From a virus: DNA of 64,000 nucleotides. Below, one piece after another: positions 1-9,346 of the stretch. The stretch lies in the IMG/VR virus record IMGVR_UViG_3300010430_000014, positions 25,162 through 89,161 of that record; one strand, given 5' to 3'. How positions within the stretch are numbered: the stretch's first letter is position 1; each line of letters starts with the position of its first letter. The notes beneath the pieces were generated by a model. That model was given only the letters and a program-made list of their open reading frames with translations, was not told where the DNA came from and ran no database searches. Position numbers and translations under genes: made by a program.

Positions 1-62
1 ACCAAACTTCAATTGCAACATTGTGATAACTATCAAAAAACACTTAAAATAACGAAAGGAGA

Positions 63-707
63 ATGATTATGGAAGAAGAAAAATATGTTATAGGAATTGT
101 AGAGTCAAGTGGTGGTCGATTAGTAATTCACCTTGAAACAGGCAAAGTACTTAATTATTTTGTCGATGATGCAGATTATACAGCAGCATTTGCATCAATT
201 AATCATTTTAATATGGTTGAATGGCATGAACGTTATCCATTTGATCAAAATAGTGATTCATTTGATATCCTTGATTTAGGATACACAAATAAAGATGGAA
301 AATATATACCTCCCGATGAAGATTATCGAAGTCAATCTCATTGGGATCATGTCTATGAATTAAAACAAATATTAATTGATGAAGTAATATTACATATTCA
401 AAATGATCTTCATGAAGTTCCTGATACAGATCCAATTACACAACTCATTAATCAATTACCCATTCCTAATCTTTATCATTACCTATCTGAAAACATGACT
501 CACCAAAACAGATTCAAATATCTAATTGATCAAGGCTTAACTGAATTCAAACATAGTCATAAAGAGTGCAATGATCGTTTTGGATTAGCTTGCCCTCAGT
601 GTAGAACTCCAATTGATTCATTTGATGAATCTTTAATTGATCAATCAACACGATATTATTGTGATAAATGTAAAGTTATAATCACAATTCAACCATTGGA
701 GGATTAA
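63..707 (+). CDS. Hypothetical protein with C-terminal zinc ribbon
   Basis: AAGGAG RBS upstream; CPQC...CDKC at C-terminus. Confidence 0.7.
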   Translation: MIMEEEKYVIGIVESSGGRLVIHLETGKVLNYFVDDADYTAAFASINHFNMVEWHERYPFDQNSDSFDILDLGYTNKDGKYIPPDEDYRSQSHWDHVYELKQILIDEVILHIQNDLHEVPDTDPITQLINQLPIPNLYHYLSENMTHQNRFKYLIDQGLTEFKHSHKECNDRFGLACPQCRTPIDSFDESLIDQSTRYYCDKCKVIITIQPLED

Positions 708-708
708 T

Positions 709-909
709 ATGATACCTCAATTAGAAATAACTCAACAAGGATCAATATCAATTGAACAAGATCTATACATAGGTGTTCTAATTGGAGATTTTGGATTACA
801 AGTAGCAAAAGATGGTAGAATTTGGATCTGTTTAAATGATCAAGCTCTAATTAGATTTAAACCATTAACTAATGAAATGATAAAACTATTAAAAAAGAAA
901 GGAAATTGA
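709..909 (+). CDS. Hypothetical protein
   Basis: GGAGG RBS; tightly packed between neighbours. Confidence 0.65.
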   Translation: MIPQLEITQQGSISIEQDLYIGVLIGDFGLQVAKDGRIWICLNDQALIRFKPLTNEMIKLLKKKGN

Positions 910-911
910 TT

Positions 912-1106
912 ATGGCATATCCAATTAAATATCTTAATGCAGAAGACTTTGTTCAAATGAAAGAAAACATTTCTGCAACAATCTTTGACTATGAACCTGA
1001 ATTAGCAGGAATTAGTTCATTTAGATTACATGAAGAAGATTGCAATGCTATTGCAGAACTCATTATGAAAAACCTCAATTATCAATGGGATGAAAAGGAG
1101 AATTAA
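912..1106 (+). CDS. Hypothetical protein
   Basis: AAGGA RBS; ATG at 912 preferred over TTG at 906. Confidence 0.6.
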   Translation: MAYPIKYLNAEDFVQMKENISATIFDYEPELAGISSFRLHEEDCNAIAELIMKNLNYQWDEKEN

Positions 1107-1108
1107 TC

Positions 1109-1462
1109 ATGGCTAAAAAAATAATTCAATTAAGCAGACCTAAAGTATTTAATATTGAAACCTATAAACTGTGGGATATTACAGAAGAAAACCATCGAAG
1201 AAAATTAATATGTACTTCTCCTAAAGGTGATTCAATTGAATTTTCAATTGATATTAAACGAGAATCATTTGCACCTGAATTCAGTTGTATTTACAGAAAT
1301 AAAGATGGTCAAGGTTGTGTTCTATATAGAGCAAAACCAAATGATCATGTTCAAAAATTCTGGATTGATCTTGGAAGTGAATATTTTAAAAGAACTTCCG
1401 GCAATCAGGATTTCATTCGGGATAAGTTTCTAAAAGAATTCGACTTTAATTGGGAGGGTTAA
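1109..1462 (+). CDS. Hypothetical protein
   Basis: AAGGAG RBS; operon packing. Confidence 0.65.
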   Translation: MAKKIIQLSRPKVFNIETYKLWDITEENHRRKLICTSPKGDSIEFSIDIKRESFAPEFSCIYRNKDGQGCVLYRAKPNDHVQKFWIDLGSEYFKRTSGNQDFIRDKFLKEFDFNWEG

Positions 1463-1466
1463 TCAT

Positions 1467-1982
1467 ATGATTAAAAAAAGAAAATACTCTGACAAATGGA
1501 TATTGGCAATTAAATCTTATTCAAATGTTTCAGCAGATAAATATCTTGACATTGTTTTTTGTTATTTGCCTCATAATAAAATAACTCCATATGTTACATG
1601 GATCTACAATCATTCAGATGGTGGGTTTCATGAAGGACATTATTTCAATCTCATTAACAAAGCTATTCTTGATTTTTTAATAAGAGGTAAAAAAGCAGTA
1701 CGTTTCAATGATGATTGGATTAAACAACATGATGCAATTGAAACTCATTATGTTAGATATCTTAAAGAACATAGTTGTTGGGAAGAATGCAATGCTGAAG
1801 ATGCTCAAATGATCTCTGTTTATCTCCATAAGCCGGAAGGTGGAATTGAATGCATTTCAGATCATTATGATCCTAAAGATGCAATGCGGATTGTCCGGTG
1901 GATTTCCAATCAATATGAATTACCAATTCAATATCAACCTAAAGATGTTCATTATACTAAATTACAACCAATTATTAAATAA
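1467..1982 (+). CDS. Hypothetical protein
   Basis: GGAGG RBS; operon packing. Confidence 0.65.
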   Translation: MIKKRKYSDKWILAIKSYSNVSADKYLDIVFCYLPHNKITPYVTWIYNHSDGGFHEGHYFNLINKAILDFLIRGKKAVRFNDDWIKQHDAIETHYVRYLKEHSCWEECNAEDAQMISVYLHKPEGGIECISDHYDPKDAMRIVRWISNQYELPIQYQPKDVHYTKLQPIIK

Positions 1983-1991
1983 GGAGAAATT

Positions 1992-2177
1992 ATGGCGCAA
2001 TTAACTAAACATATAAATGTACGAATTACTGAACCTGTTAGTAAACAAATTGATTCAATCAAAGAAGAATTGACTGAAAAAGATGCTATGATTTATACTC
2101 GATCTCAAGTGATCTTTATGTTGATTGTTAGAGGGATTGAAAAATACAATGAAAATCAATTAAATGAAATTAATTAG
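1992..2177 (+). CDS. Ribbon-helix-helix DNA-binding protein (putative regulator)
   Basis: 61 aa; N-terminal strand KHINVRIT followed by two helices with TRSQVI, a typical RHH pattern; AAGGAG RBS. Confidence 0.65.
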   Translation: MAQLTKHINVRITEPVSKQIDSIKEELTEKDAMIYTRSQVIFMLIVRGIEKYNENQLNEIN

Positions 2178-2199
2178 TTAAATCAACAGGTTTTAGAGC

Positions 2200-2228
2200 T
2201 TGACACCTGATTTAAGGTGTGTTATGCT
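2200..2228 (+). promoter_or_regulatory. Sigma70-type promoter with palindromic operator in the spacer
   Basis: TTGACA (2200-2205), 17 bp, TATGCT (2223-2228) with extended -10 TG; inverted repeat ACACCT-N6-AGGTGT at 2203-2220. Confidence 0.75.
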
Positions 2229-2277
2229 TATATAATCAATCAAAAGACCATAACAAACAAACGAAAGGAAAAATTTT

Positions 2278-2763
2278 ATGAATGATTGGAAAAAATTCAA
2301 TAATGAAATCAAAGAAGCAATTGATCAGCCAAGTAAAAAAGATATGCTTCAAATGAATGATTTACACTTAGCTATTTATGAACTCGATCAAGAAAAAATT
2401 TCTTTATCCGAATCATTAAATAAAGTCGATGAACAATTAAAAATACATTATGATCGAGTTAGTGAATTACTTGATTCAAAAGATCCTCCCAATTGGGCAT
2501 GGACTTGGGAATTTAAAAAGTCTAATATTAAATGGAAAGAAGAATTCATTAATCGATTAGGCAAAGCTGAAGCAAACAAAATTCTATCCGTTGCCAAACA
2601 AAAATCTTATCCTAAGATTGGCATTCAATATATCGATCCTAATCCTGACCATATTCCCGAAACTCCAATTGCAAAATTAAAGAAAGGAAAACCTGTAAGA
2701 TTAGATCTACCCATTCCTAAATCCAATCCTTTATTTGATAGATTAGAAAAATTAAAAGGTTAA
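2278..2763 (+). CDS. Hypothetical protein with coiled coil
   Basis: AAAGGA RBS; first gene after the promoter. Confidence 0.7.
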   Translation: MNDWKKFNNEIKEAIDQPSKKDMLQMNDLHLAIYELDQEKISLSESLNKVDEQLKIHYDRVSELLDSKDPPNWAWTWEFKKSNIKWKEEFINRLGKAEANKILSVAKQKSYPKIGIQYIDPNPDHIPETPIAKLKKGKPVRLDLPIPKSNPLFDRLEKLKG

Positions 2764-3072
2764 TCACAATTGTATGTTCAATTACCACTCTGGAAATGTT
2801 ATCTTTATAGTCTTATCCAGAGATGGAGATTGTACAAAGCAATTAATACCAATCGCTATCGATGGGGTTTTAATAAAGAAGAAGTTCTTTTGTTACGTCA
2901 AATGTTTTCTAAATATATGGTGAAAGGAGGAATGAAAAAATTAAATGTAATTAGGTATGACCGATTGATTGATAAAGTCTTAGGTCATAGAATCGTGGTT
3001 GCTGATAAAGAAGAAATTGAATTAGCCCACAGGTTATTAATCATAAAAAAAATCAATTACAGGAGGTTAATC

Positions 3073-4392
3073 ATGGAAATTAAACAAGTTAAAGAATTTG
3101 GTAAAGAAGTTGGATTGAAGCTTGCTGAAATGAACAAATTGGCAGAAGATGAATTGATCCTTGAAATCATCCGTAATGTAGAACCTAAAATCCAATACAG
3201 CAAAGAACTTGTAGCATGGTATAATGAATTGGATGATGCTTTATTTGATAAAGCTGAAGCTGAATCAGGAGCTACTTCTGATGGAGAATCAGCAGCAAAT
3301 GGTGACGTTTCAATTGCCGATGTGATCGAAGTCATTGAAGGATACACAAAAGTTGCTGAATTGAAAGAAATCCTTACTGATAACGATGTTGCTCCATTAT
3401 TTGCAACATTCGATCCTGCACCTTTCAAAATGCCTAAGAAGTTAAAAGCTGCAATGATTGAACATCTACAAACACCTGCTGAAAAACCTGATACCAATGG
3501 TGATGATCAAACAGAAGAAATCCTTGAATTAATCAATGAAGCTGAAGATGAGGATGGATTAGTTACAATCTATGGTGAATATCAAACTGTATTCAATGAT
3601 ATGGAAGTGCCAGATGATATTGATGCAGAAGCACTTCAAACGGCAATGGTTGCTCACGTTGAATCAAAAAAAGGCACTACTCCCGAACCGGATAAACCAA
3701 TTTCATTGAAAGATCGATTGGCTAATAAAGGCAAAAGCAAAAAGGACAAACCTGAAGTTGATCTTGCTGAAAAATTTGATTGGTGGACACCTGATGCTGA
3801 TGGATTCAGTGTTGATGATGCATTTGCAAAAGTGGAAGAATTGAAAATGACTGAATTGCGTCAATTTGCAAAACACATTGGTCTTTCAATTGGTGTTGGT
3901 GGTGGTAATACAAAAGATGTGATTCTTGATAAGGTTGCCAGTAAGATTCAAGAAATTACTGAAGGTGTTACTCAATCTACTACTGCCGGAGAAATTGAAC
4001 TTACTGCTCAATTAATTAAAGATGCAGTAAAGGCAAAGGATCGGGAGGCTTTAGCTGAAATGTGTGAACAAGCAGACATTCAATTGAATGCACTCCAGAA
4101 AAAATCAATCCCTGGAATGGAAAAGAAATTGCTTGAAACAATCAAAGACAAAACTGATGATAAATCTACTACAACCAAAGGTAAAGCTAAACTATCTGCA
4201 AAAGAACCTATTTCAGATGCACAATCCGTTTATGCAATTATGGAAGCAATGGTTCTTGAAGGTAAATCGGAAGATGCAATCACAAAGAAAGTATCTCCTA
4301 TTTACAAAGAAAAAGGTCAATCAATTATCTTTATCAAAAAGCGTGTCAATACCATGACTCAGATTATTAAACTCGACAATAATCTGGAATAA
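3073..4392 (+). CDS. Acidic protein with repeated helix-extension-helix (Rho-N/SAP-like) modules
   Basis: AGGAGG RBS at 3061-3066 before ATG 3073 (frame open from 2770); module VEELKMTELRQFAKHIGLSIG...TKDVILDKV resembles Rho-N/HeH; several similar helical units. Confidence 0.6.
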   Translation: MEIKQVKEFGKEVGLKLAEMNKLAEDELILEIIRNVEPKIQYSKELVAWYNELDDALFDKAEAESGATSDGESAANGDVSIADVIEVIEGYTKVAELKEILTDNDVAPLFATFDPAPFKMPKKLKAAMIEHLQTPAEKPDTNGDDQTEEILELINEAEDEDGLVTIYGEYQTVFNDMEVPDDIDAEALQTAMVAHVESKKGTTPEPDKPISLKDRLANKGKSKKDKPEVDLAEKFDWWTPDADGFSVDDAFAKVEELKMTELRQFAKHIGLSIGVGGGNTKDVILDKVASKIQEITEGVTQSTTAGEIELTAQLIKDAVKAKDREALAEMCEQADIQLNALQKKSIPGMEKKLLETIKDKTDDKSTTTKGKAKLSAKEPISDAQSVYAIMEAMVLEGKSEDAITKKVSPIYKEKGQSIIFIKKRVNTMTQIIKLDNNLE

Positions 4393-4413
4393 TCTTTTAA
4401 TCGATTATAACTT

Positions 4414-4450
4414 AGCAGGGGATTGAACTCTTGATCCCCTGCTTATTATC
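4414..4450 (+). terminator. Putative intrinsic terminator/attenuator hairpin
   Basis: AGCAGGGGAT (4414-4423) pairs with ATCCCCTGCT (4434-4443); the tail is T-rich but imperfect. Confidence 0.55.
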
Positions 4451-4463
4451 TCATGGTGATAAC

Positions 4464-6035
4464 ATGACTTTTTATTATCCCCTGCCTCAATCAAAACAGA
4501 CCACAATTAAATATGATTGTGAAAAATGTGGACTGTATTCAAATACCAAATTAGAAACCCCTTTCTTTGAACCTATAATTGGAGAAAATTACAATGGATT
4601 GGTTATATTAGGACAGCAACCATCTAAAGATGATGATTTTAAATCAATTCCATTTTCAAATAAAAGAGCGCAATTAGTTAGAGCAACAGCATTTAAAAAT
4701 GGAGTTAATCTAAAAAAAGTAAGTGCATTTGTATATGCATTGCAATGTCATTCAGGAAAGAAAACTACTGATGTTCAATATAGATGTTGCCGTGAACGAT
4801 TAAAAACTCAATTAGAAGAATTAAAACCAAAGATGGTTATCTGCTGTGGAGAAATGGCATTTAAATCATTATTCGATCTAAAGAACAAAATCCCTCCAAC
4901 AAAACTCAGAGGAAGATTAATACCTAATTTTGAATTCAATTGCATAGTATTCACTCTACTTAATCCAAATGATGTTTATTCCTTTGACCGTCAATACTCA
5001 ATTAAATTAGATATAAAACGTGCATTAAAATTTTGGGTTAAGTATAACAAACGTAAAAGTGTCAATCAATTACTTGAAGAACGTAAAATTCTAAAAGATA
5101 CTCATATAATGGAAATCACAAACCCTGGAGAATTAGAAGGTTTGTTTTATTGTATTGGTAAAATGAAAAGAATAGCACTTGACTATGAAACAACCAATGT
5201 AAAACCATATGATAAATACTTTGAAATTACTCATATTCAATTCGGTAATGCTAATAATGGATGGGTAATTAATGAATCACTTTGGAAGAACTATCCTGTC
5301 TGGAAATTAATTAAAGAATTTATGCGTCATTTTTTAACAGATCCATCAATTGAAAAGATAATCCAGAATGTTAAGTTTGAAGAAAATTGTAGTCGATGGG
5401 TTTTTGGTATTGATAAAATAATAAATACTCAAGATCCAATGCTTGCTACTCATGTGATTGATGAACGTAGAGGATGTACTTCATTAGATTTTCAAAATTT
5501 AATTAGATTTGGAATTCCTCCTTATTCAGATACAGTTAAATCTTTTCTTAAAAAGAAAAACAAAGATGATAAACGTAATCGAATTCGACAAGCACCATAT
5601 GATGATATGATTACCTATGCCGGATTAGATGTAATTACAACTTTTCATAATTGGCTTTTCATTGAAAAAATATTACCTATTGCTTATCCTCAAGCTAATT
5701 TCGATTACCAATTTCTACATAGAGGGCATCAATTGTTTTCTAATATGACACACAAAGGAATCAATGCAGGAAATGATGAACTGGAAGAAATTGAAACTAC
5801 TTTAGTAAATCATATGGAAGATGTTTTAACACGTATTACTCAAATTCCTGAGTTTATTGAATACAACAAATATCTGGAAGACAAAACCAATCTTAAAAGC
5901 ACAAGCAATAAACAATTAAAAACACTTTCGATTAAAATGAAAGGAGATGGAAAATATGAAAAATCAATCGATAATGATGCAACAAACAATAATGAAAAAA
6001 AGAAAAAACCAATTAGAAGAAAGTTATCATTTTAA
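4464..6035 (+). CDS. DNA polymerase family A, N-terminal subunit (degenerate family-4 UDG-like domain + 3'-5' exonuclease + start of thumb)
   Basis: CEKCGL..GQQP..PF..QC..CC..LKPKMVICCG..LRG UDG4-like pattern; Exo I ALDYETT, Exo II QNVKFE, Exo III YAGLD; FSNMTHKGI helix leading into the thumb. Confidence 0.85.
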   Translation: MTFYYPLPQSKQTTIKYDCEKCGLYSNTKLETPFFEPIIGENYNGLVILGQQPSKDDDFKSIPFSNKRAQLVRATAFKNGVNLKKVSAFVYALQCHSGKKTTDVQYRCCRERLKTQLEELKPKMVICCGEMAFKSLFDLKNKIPPTKLRGRLIPNFEFNCIVFTLLNPNDVYSFDRQYSIKLDIKRALKFWVKYNKRKSVNQLLEERKILKDTHIMEITNPGELEGLFYCIGKMKRIALDYETTNVKPYDKYFEITHIQFGNANNGWVINESLWKNYPVWKLIKEFMRHFLTDPSIEKIIQNVKFEENCSRWVFGIDKIINTQDPMLATHVIDERRGCTSLDFQNLIRFGIPPYSDTVKSFLKKKNKDDKRNRIRQAPYDDMITYAGLDVITTFHNWLFIEKILPIAYPQANFDYQFLHRGHQLFSNMTHKGINAGNDELEEIETTLVNHMEDVLTRITQIPEFIEYNKYLEDKTNLKSTSNKQLKTLSIKMKGDGKYEKSIDNDATNNNEKKKKPIRRKLSF

Positions 6036-6621
6036 AGAAGAATTAGGTTCTCATTCATTTATTTACAAAGGAAAGAAAGCATTTATTTTAAACATAAATG
6101 AAAATATAACATTGATTAGTTCTTTTATGAAATATAGAAAAGAACTTTCTGATAGAACTAATTTAATTCATCAAAATAAATCAGTTAATTTTGATGATTA
6201 TTATAAATTCTTATTAAATTGTATGGGAATCATTGGTAATATGCTTGATGATGAAAAAATGGGATCTATTACTGCTTATTTAGATCATATTTGGAATGGT
6301 ATAAATAAAATAATAGAAAATAAAGATATAACTAACTTTGCAAAAGCTGTGGGAGAAATATCAGACATAATTACAATGATTGATTTTGTAACTGAAAAAA
6401 GTTTAAATAAAATAGATCAATCAGATATTAAACTGGCAATTGCTCAAGCTGCCATTAATGAATATAATCCTAATCTGGAAGTTCTTGATGTTCTTGAAAT
6501 CACAGATGATGGATCAATTAAAAGATTAAAAATTAAACAAAGTGAAATGGATAAACCTGAATCAAAAGAACAACAATATGATCTTAAACATATGATACCA
6601 TTGAATACAAAGGAAATCTAA
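5956..6621 (+). CDS. Hypothetical helical protein between the two polymerase halves
   Basis: AAGGAG at 5941-5946 fits ATG 5956; overlaps the upstream gene; TAATG coupling to the downstream gene; no nuclease motif seen. Confidence 0.6.
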   Translation: MKNQSIMMQQTIMKKRKNQLEESYHFKEELGSHSFIYKGKKAFILNINENITLISSFMKYRKELSDRTNLIHQNKSVNFDDYYKFLLNCMGIIGNMLDDEKMGSITAYLDHIWNGINKIIENKDITNFAKAVGEISDIITMIDFVTEKSLNKIDQSDIKLAIAQAAINEYNPNLEVLDVLEITDDGSIKRLKIKQSEMDKPESKEQQYDLKHMIPLNTKEI

Positions 6622-7832
6622 TGATTAGTGAAGCAGACTTTAATTTCAATCTTAGATCTAATCCACAAATGCAGGAATTCTTATATGAATTTCTTGGATT
6701 GACTCCTATTACAGAACCTAATGCAAAAACAGGTAATTATAAAACAGATGAACCGACAATCATTCATTATGCAGAAAATGAAAATATTGAATTCTGTAAA
6801 TTGTTATTGCAATATAGAAAACTTAACAAAGCATTGAATACTTATATTGCAGATTTAAAAAGAAATATATCTGTACATGACAATCGCATTCATCATGAAT
6901 TATGGTTGAATATACCTGAAACCTATCGATCAAGTTCATCTGATCCAAATTTACACAATCAACCTAAACATGGTGATATACTCCCAAATTTAGCTTGGAA
7001 AATAATTAGAAAAGTATTTATTCGATTAGGTACAGATTGGTTTTTATGTGAATTTGATTATGATGGTGCAGAAGTTAAAGTTGCAGGTATGTTAAGCAAT
7101 GATCCACAAATGATTGAAGATCTAAACAATGATTTAGACATGCATTCACATTGGGCAATTAGATTATTCGGAATTAAAGGATTGTCTTATACACAAATAA
7201 AAGAACAACATGAAGTAGAGAGGTTTTTAGCCAAAAATAATTTCACCTTTGCAAATTTCTTTGGTGCAGGATTTAAATCAATTGCAGAAGAAATGCGAAA
7301 AAATGATTTTTATAAAAATTATATTCATTCAATTTACAATCAACGTGCAACAAAATTAGAAACATTCGATACTTACTTTGTTAATTATTCAATCAATCAT
7401 ATACAAAAGTGTCAAAATCAATTTTGGGATAGATACACTGTTTATAAAAAATGGCAAGAATTTTTAATTGACAGTTATTACAAAAAAGGATATGTAGAAA
7501 ATCCTTTTGGATTTAGAAGAAGATATCCATTAACTTATAATGAAGTAATTAATTTTCCAATTCAGTCTTCTTCATTTTTATTATTACTTGATTCTTTAAT
7601 TCAAATTGAAGATGAACTGATGAAAGGAGGTTGGGAATCACATTTAATCAATCAGATTCATGACTCAGGTATGGGAAATGTCTATAAGTATGAAGCAGGA
7701 GATTTCATTGATATGGTAGATAATAAAATGATTTATAAACCTCATTTACAATGGACTACCAAAGTCAAAATGAAAACTGATTGGGAATTCGGCAAAAACT
7801 GGCTCGATATGAAAAAAATTAAAACCAATTAA
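6621..7832 (+). CDS. DNA polymerase family A, C-terminal (polymerase) subunit
   Basis: FNLRSNPQM thumb, TYRSSSSDPNLHNQP, motif A DYDGAE, motif B RFLAKNNFTFANFFG, NFPIQS, motif C QIHDS. Confidence 0.92.
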   Translation: MISEADFNFNLRSNPQMQEFLYEFLGLTPITEPNAKTGNYKTDEPTIIHYAENENIEFCKLLLQYRKLNKALNTYIADLKRNISVHDNRIHHELWLNIPETYRSSSSDPNLHNQPKHGDILPNLAWKIIRKVFIRLGTDWFLCEFDYDGAEVKVAGMLSNDPQMIEDLNNDLDMHSHWAIRLFGIKGLSYTQIKEQHEVERFLAKNNFTFANFFGAGFKSIAEEMRKNDFYKNYIHSIYNQRATKLETFDTYFVNYSINHIQKCQNQFWDRYTVYKKWQEFLIDSYYKKGYVENPFGFRRRYPLTYNEVINFPIQSSSFLLLLDSLIQIEDELMKGGWESHLINQIHDSGMGNVYKYEAGDFIDMVDNKMIYKPHLQWTTKVKMKTDWEFGKNWLDMKKIKTN

Positions 7833-7848
7833 ACAAACGAAAGGAGTA

Positions 7849-9345
7849 ATGCTTATGTTAAACTTAACTAACTATCAAAAGGCAGGGTATGGTTGTGTGT
7901 TTGTCGAAACAATGGAAATTAAACGTGCAATCAAATCAATTGAAATCGATGAACCATTTAAGAAAAAAATCTGGAGTCCTATTCGGGGCATCATCAATGA
8001 TATGCACCAATTCGATAAAGATCAACCAATAAGTCCAATTGATGTTCTTCGATTATCTGTCGGACAACAGGAAGATGGATCATTTGGCAATGCTCCACAA
8101 AACACCGCTTTTATTTTGGAAAATTTCGATGAATTCATTGAACAATTCGATGTAGTCCAGACTATCCTTGATATTTATGATCTATTAAAAGCCAATGCTA
8201 CCATGATTATTATGGTGGGATCTAATGCAGAGGCGATTCCCTCCAAACTTAAAGAATTCATCCCTGTTGAAAAATTTGAATTACCAAATGATGAAGAAAT
8301 CAAATTGATTGCTGATGGTATTGCCGAATCTTCAATTGAAGAATTAGGTGATAGCTATAAGGATAAATTTACAGTTAACAATTCAGTAATTGAAGCATTC
8401 AAAGGGTTGACTTGGGAAGAAATTGAAAACGCAGCAGCTAAATCAGCAGTTGAAACCCGATCATTCGATTATCGTCATATCATGGATCGTAAAGCAATGG
8501 TAATTAAAAAGACCGGATTCATGCAATTCATTGAACCTGAACCATTGGAAAATCTTGGTGGTCTGGATGAGTACAAAGAATATTGGCAATTAAGATCAGA
8601 ACCTTTCCTTAATGAATCATCCAATAAGCCTAAAGTCAAAGCTATCCTTTGTGCCGGATACCCTGGAACTGGAAAAACACTTGCTGCTAAAGTCCTTTGT
8701 TCTATTCTCAATTGGCCTGGGATCTTATTCGACATTGGTGCAATTAAAGAGGGTATTGTAGGTGAAACTGAGAAGAAGATGCGTAGAGCAACATATACAA
8801 TTGATTCCATTGGAAGATGCGTAATCATTATGGATGAAATTGAAAAGTTCTTTGGATCTGAAAGTAATACAATGGACAGTGGTGTTCAATCAGGAATGCT
8901 TGGACATATGCTTACATGGATGCAAGAAAGACAATCTGAAGGTATTCTATTTGGAACGGCAAATAAACTCGATGCACTTCCACCTGAATTCAAAAGAGCA
9001 GGTGGTCGATGGGATACTATCTTCTTTGTTAATTTACCTAATCCTAATGAAGTCAAAAAGATAATTGAAATTCACAATCGAAAATATAATGCTGATGTTC
9101 AAACAGATAATAAATTTTGCGCTCAATTATCTAATGATGGATGGTCTGGAGCAGAAATTGAACAATTGGTTAAAGATTCTCATTATGAACCAATTGAAGA
9201 AGCAATGATACATATTCCTGTTCTTTCCAAACATGAAGCTAAAAAGTTTCAAAGAACAAGAGAACAAGCACAATTGTTTCGATGGGCTAATGAAAAGAAA
9301 GAAACAACAGAAGTTAAAAAACCCCGAAAAATTAAACTTCAGTAA
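7849..9345 (+). CDS. AAA+ ATPase, Ycf46-like (degenerate N-terminal AAA + active C-terminal AAA)
   Basis: LGGLDEYK, Walker A GYPGTGKT, Walker B IMDEIEK, TAN..LPPEFKRAGGRWD second region of homology. Confidence 0.85.
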   Translation: MLMLNLTNYQKAGYGCVFVETMEIKRAIKSIEIDEPFKKKIWSPIRGIINDMHQFDKDQPISPIDVLRLSVGQQEDGSFGNAPQNTAFILENFDEFIEQFDVVQTILDIYDLLKANATMIIMVGSNAEAIPSKLKEFIPVEKFELPNDEEIKLIADGIAESSIEELGDSYKDKFTVNNSVIEAFKGLTWEEIENAAAKSAVETRSFDYRHIMDRKAMVIKKTGFMQFIEPEPLENLGGLDEYKEYWQLRSEPFLNESSNKPKVKAILCAGYPGTGKTLAAKVLCSILNWPGILFDIGAIKEGIVGETEKKMRRATYTIDSIGRCVIIMDEIEKFFGSESNTMDSGVQSGMLGHMLTWMQERQSEGILFGTANKLDALPPEFKRAGGRWDTIFFVNLPNPNEVKKIIEIHNRKYNADVQTDNKFCAQLSNDGWSGAEIEQLVKDSHYEPIEEAMIHIPVLSKHEAKKFQRTREQAQLFRWANEKKETTEVKKPRKIKLQ

Positions 9346-9346
9346 A

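Noticed and set aside
2770-3072. N-terminal 101 aa of the 540-aa ORF
   Set aside because: TTG start without RBS and a composition unlike the rest; a perfect RBS precedes ATG 3073. A start at 2932 remains possible.
5956-6621. Intein or group I intron with homing endonuclease in the polymerase
   Set aside because: No Cys/Ser...His-Asn intein ends and no LAGLIDADG, HNH or GIY-YIG motif; the downstream half has its own RBS and start. Splicing is not formally excluded.
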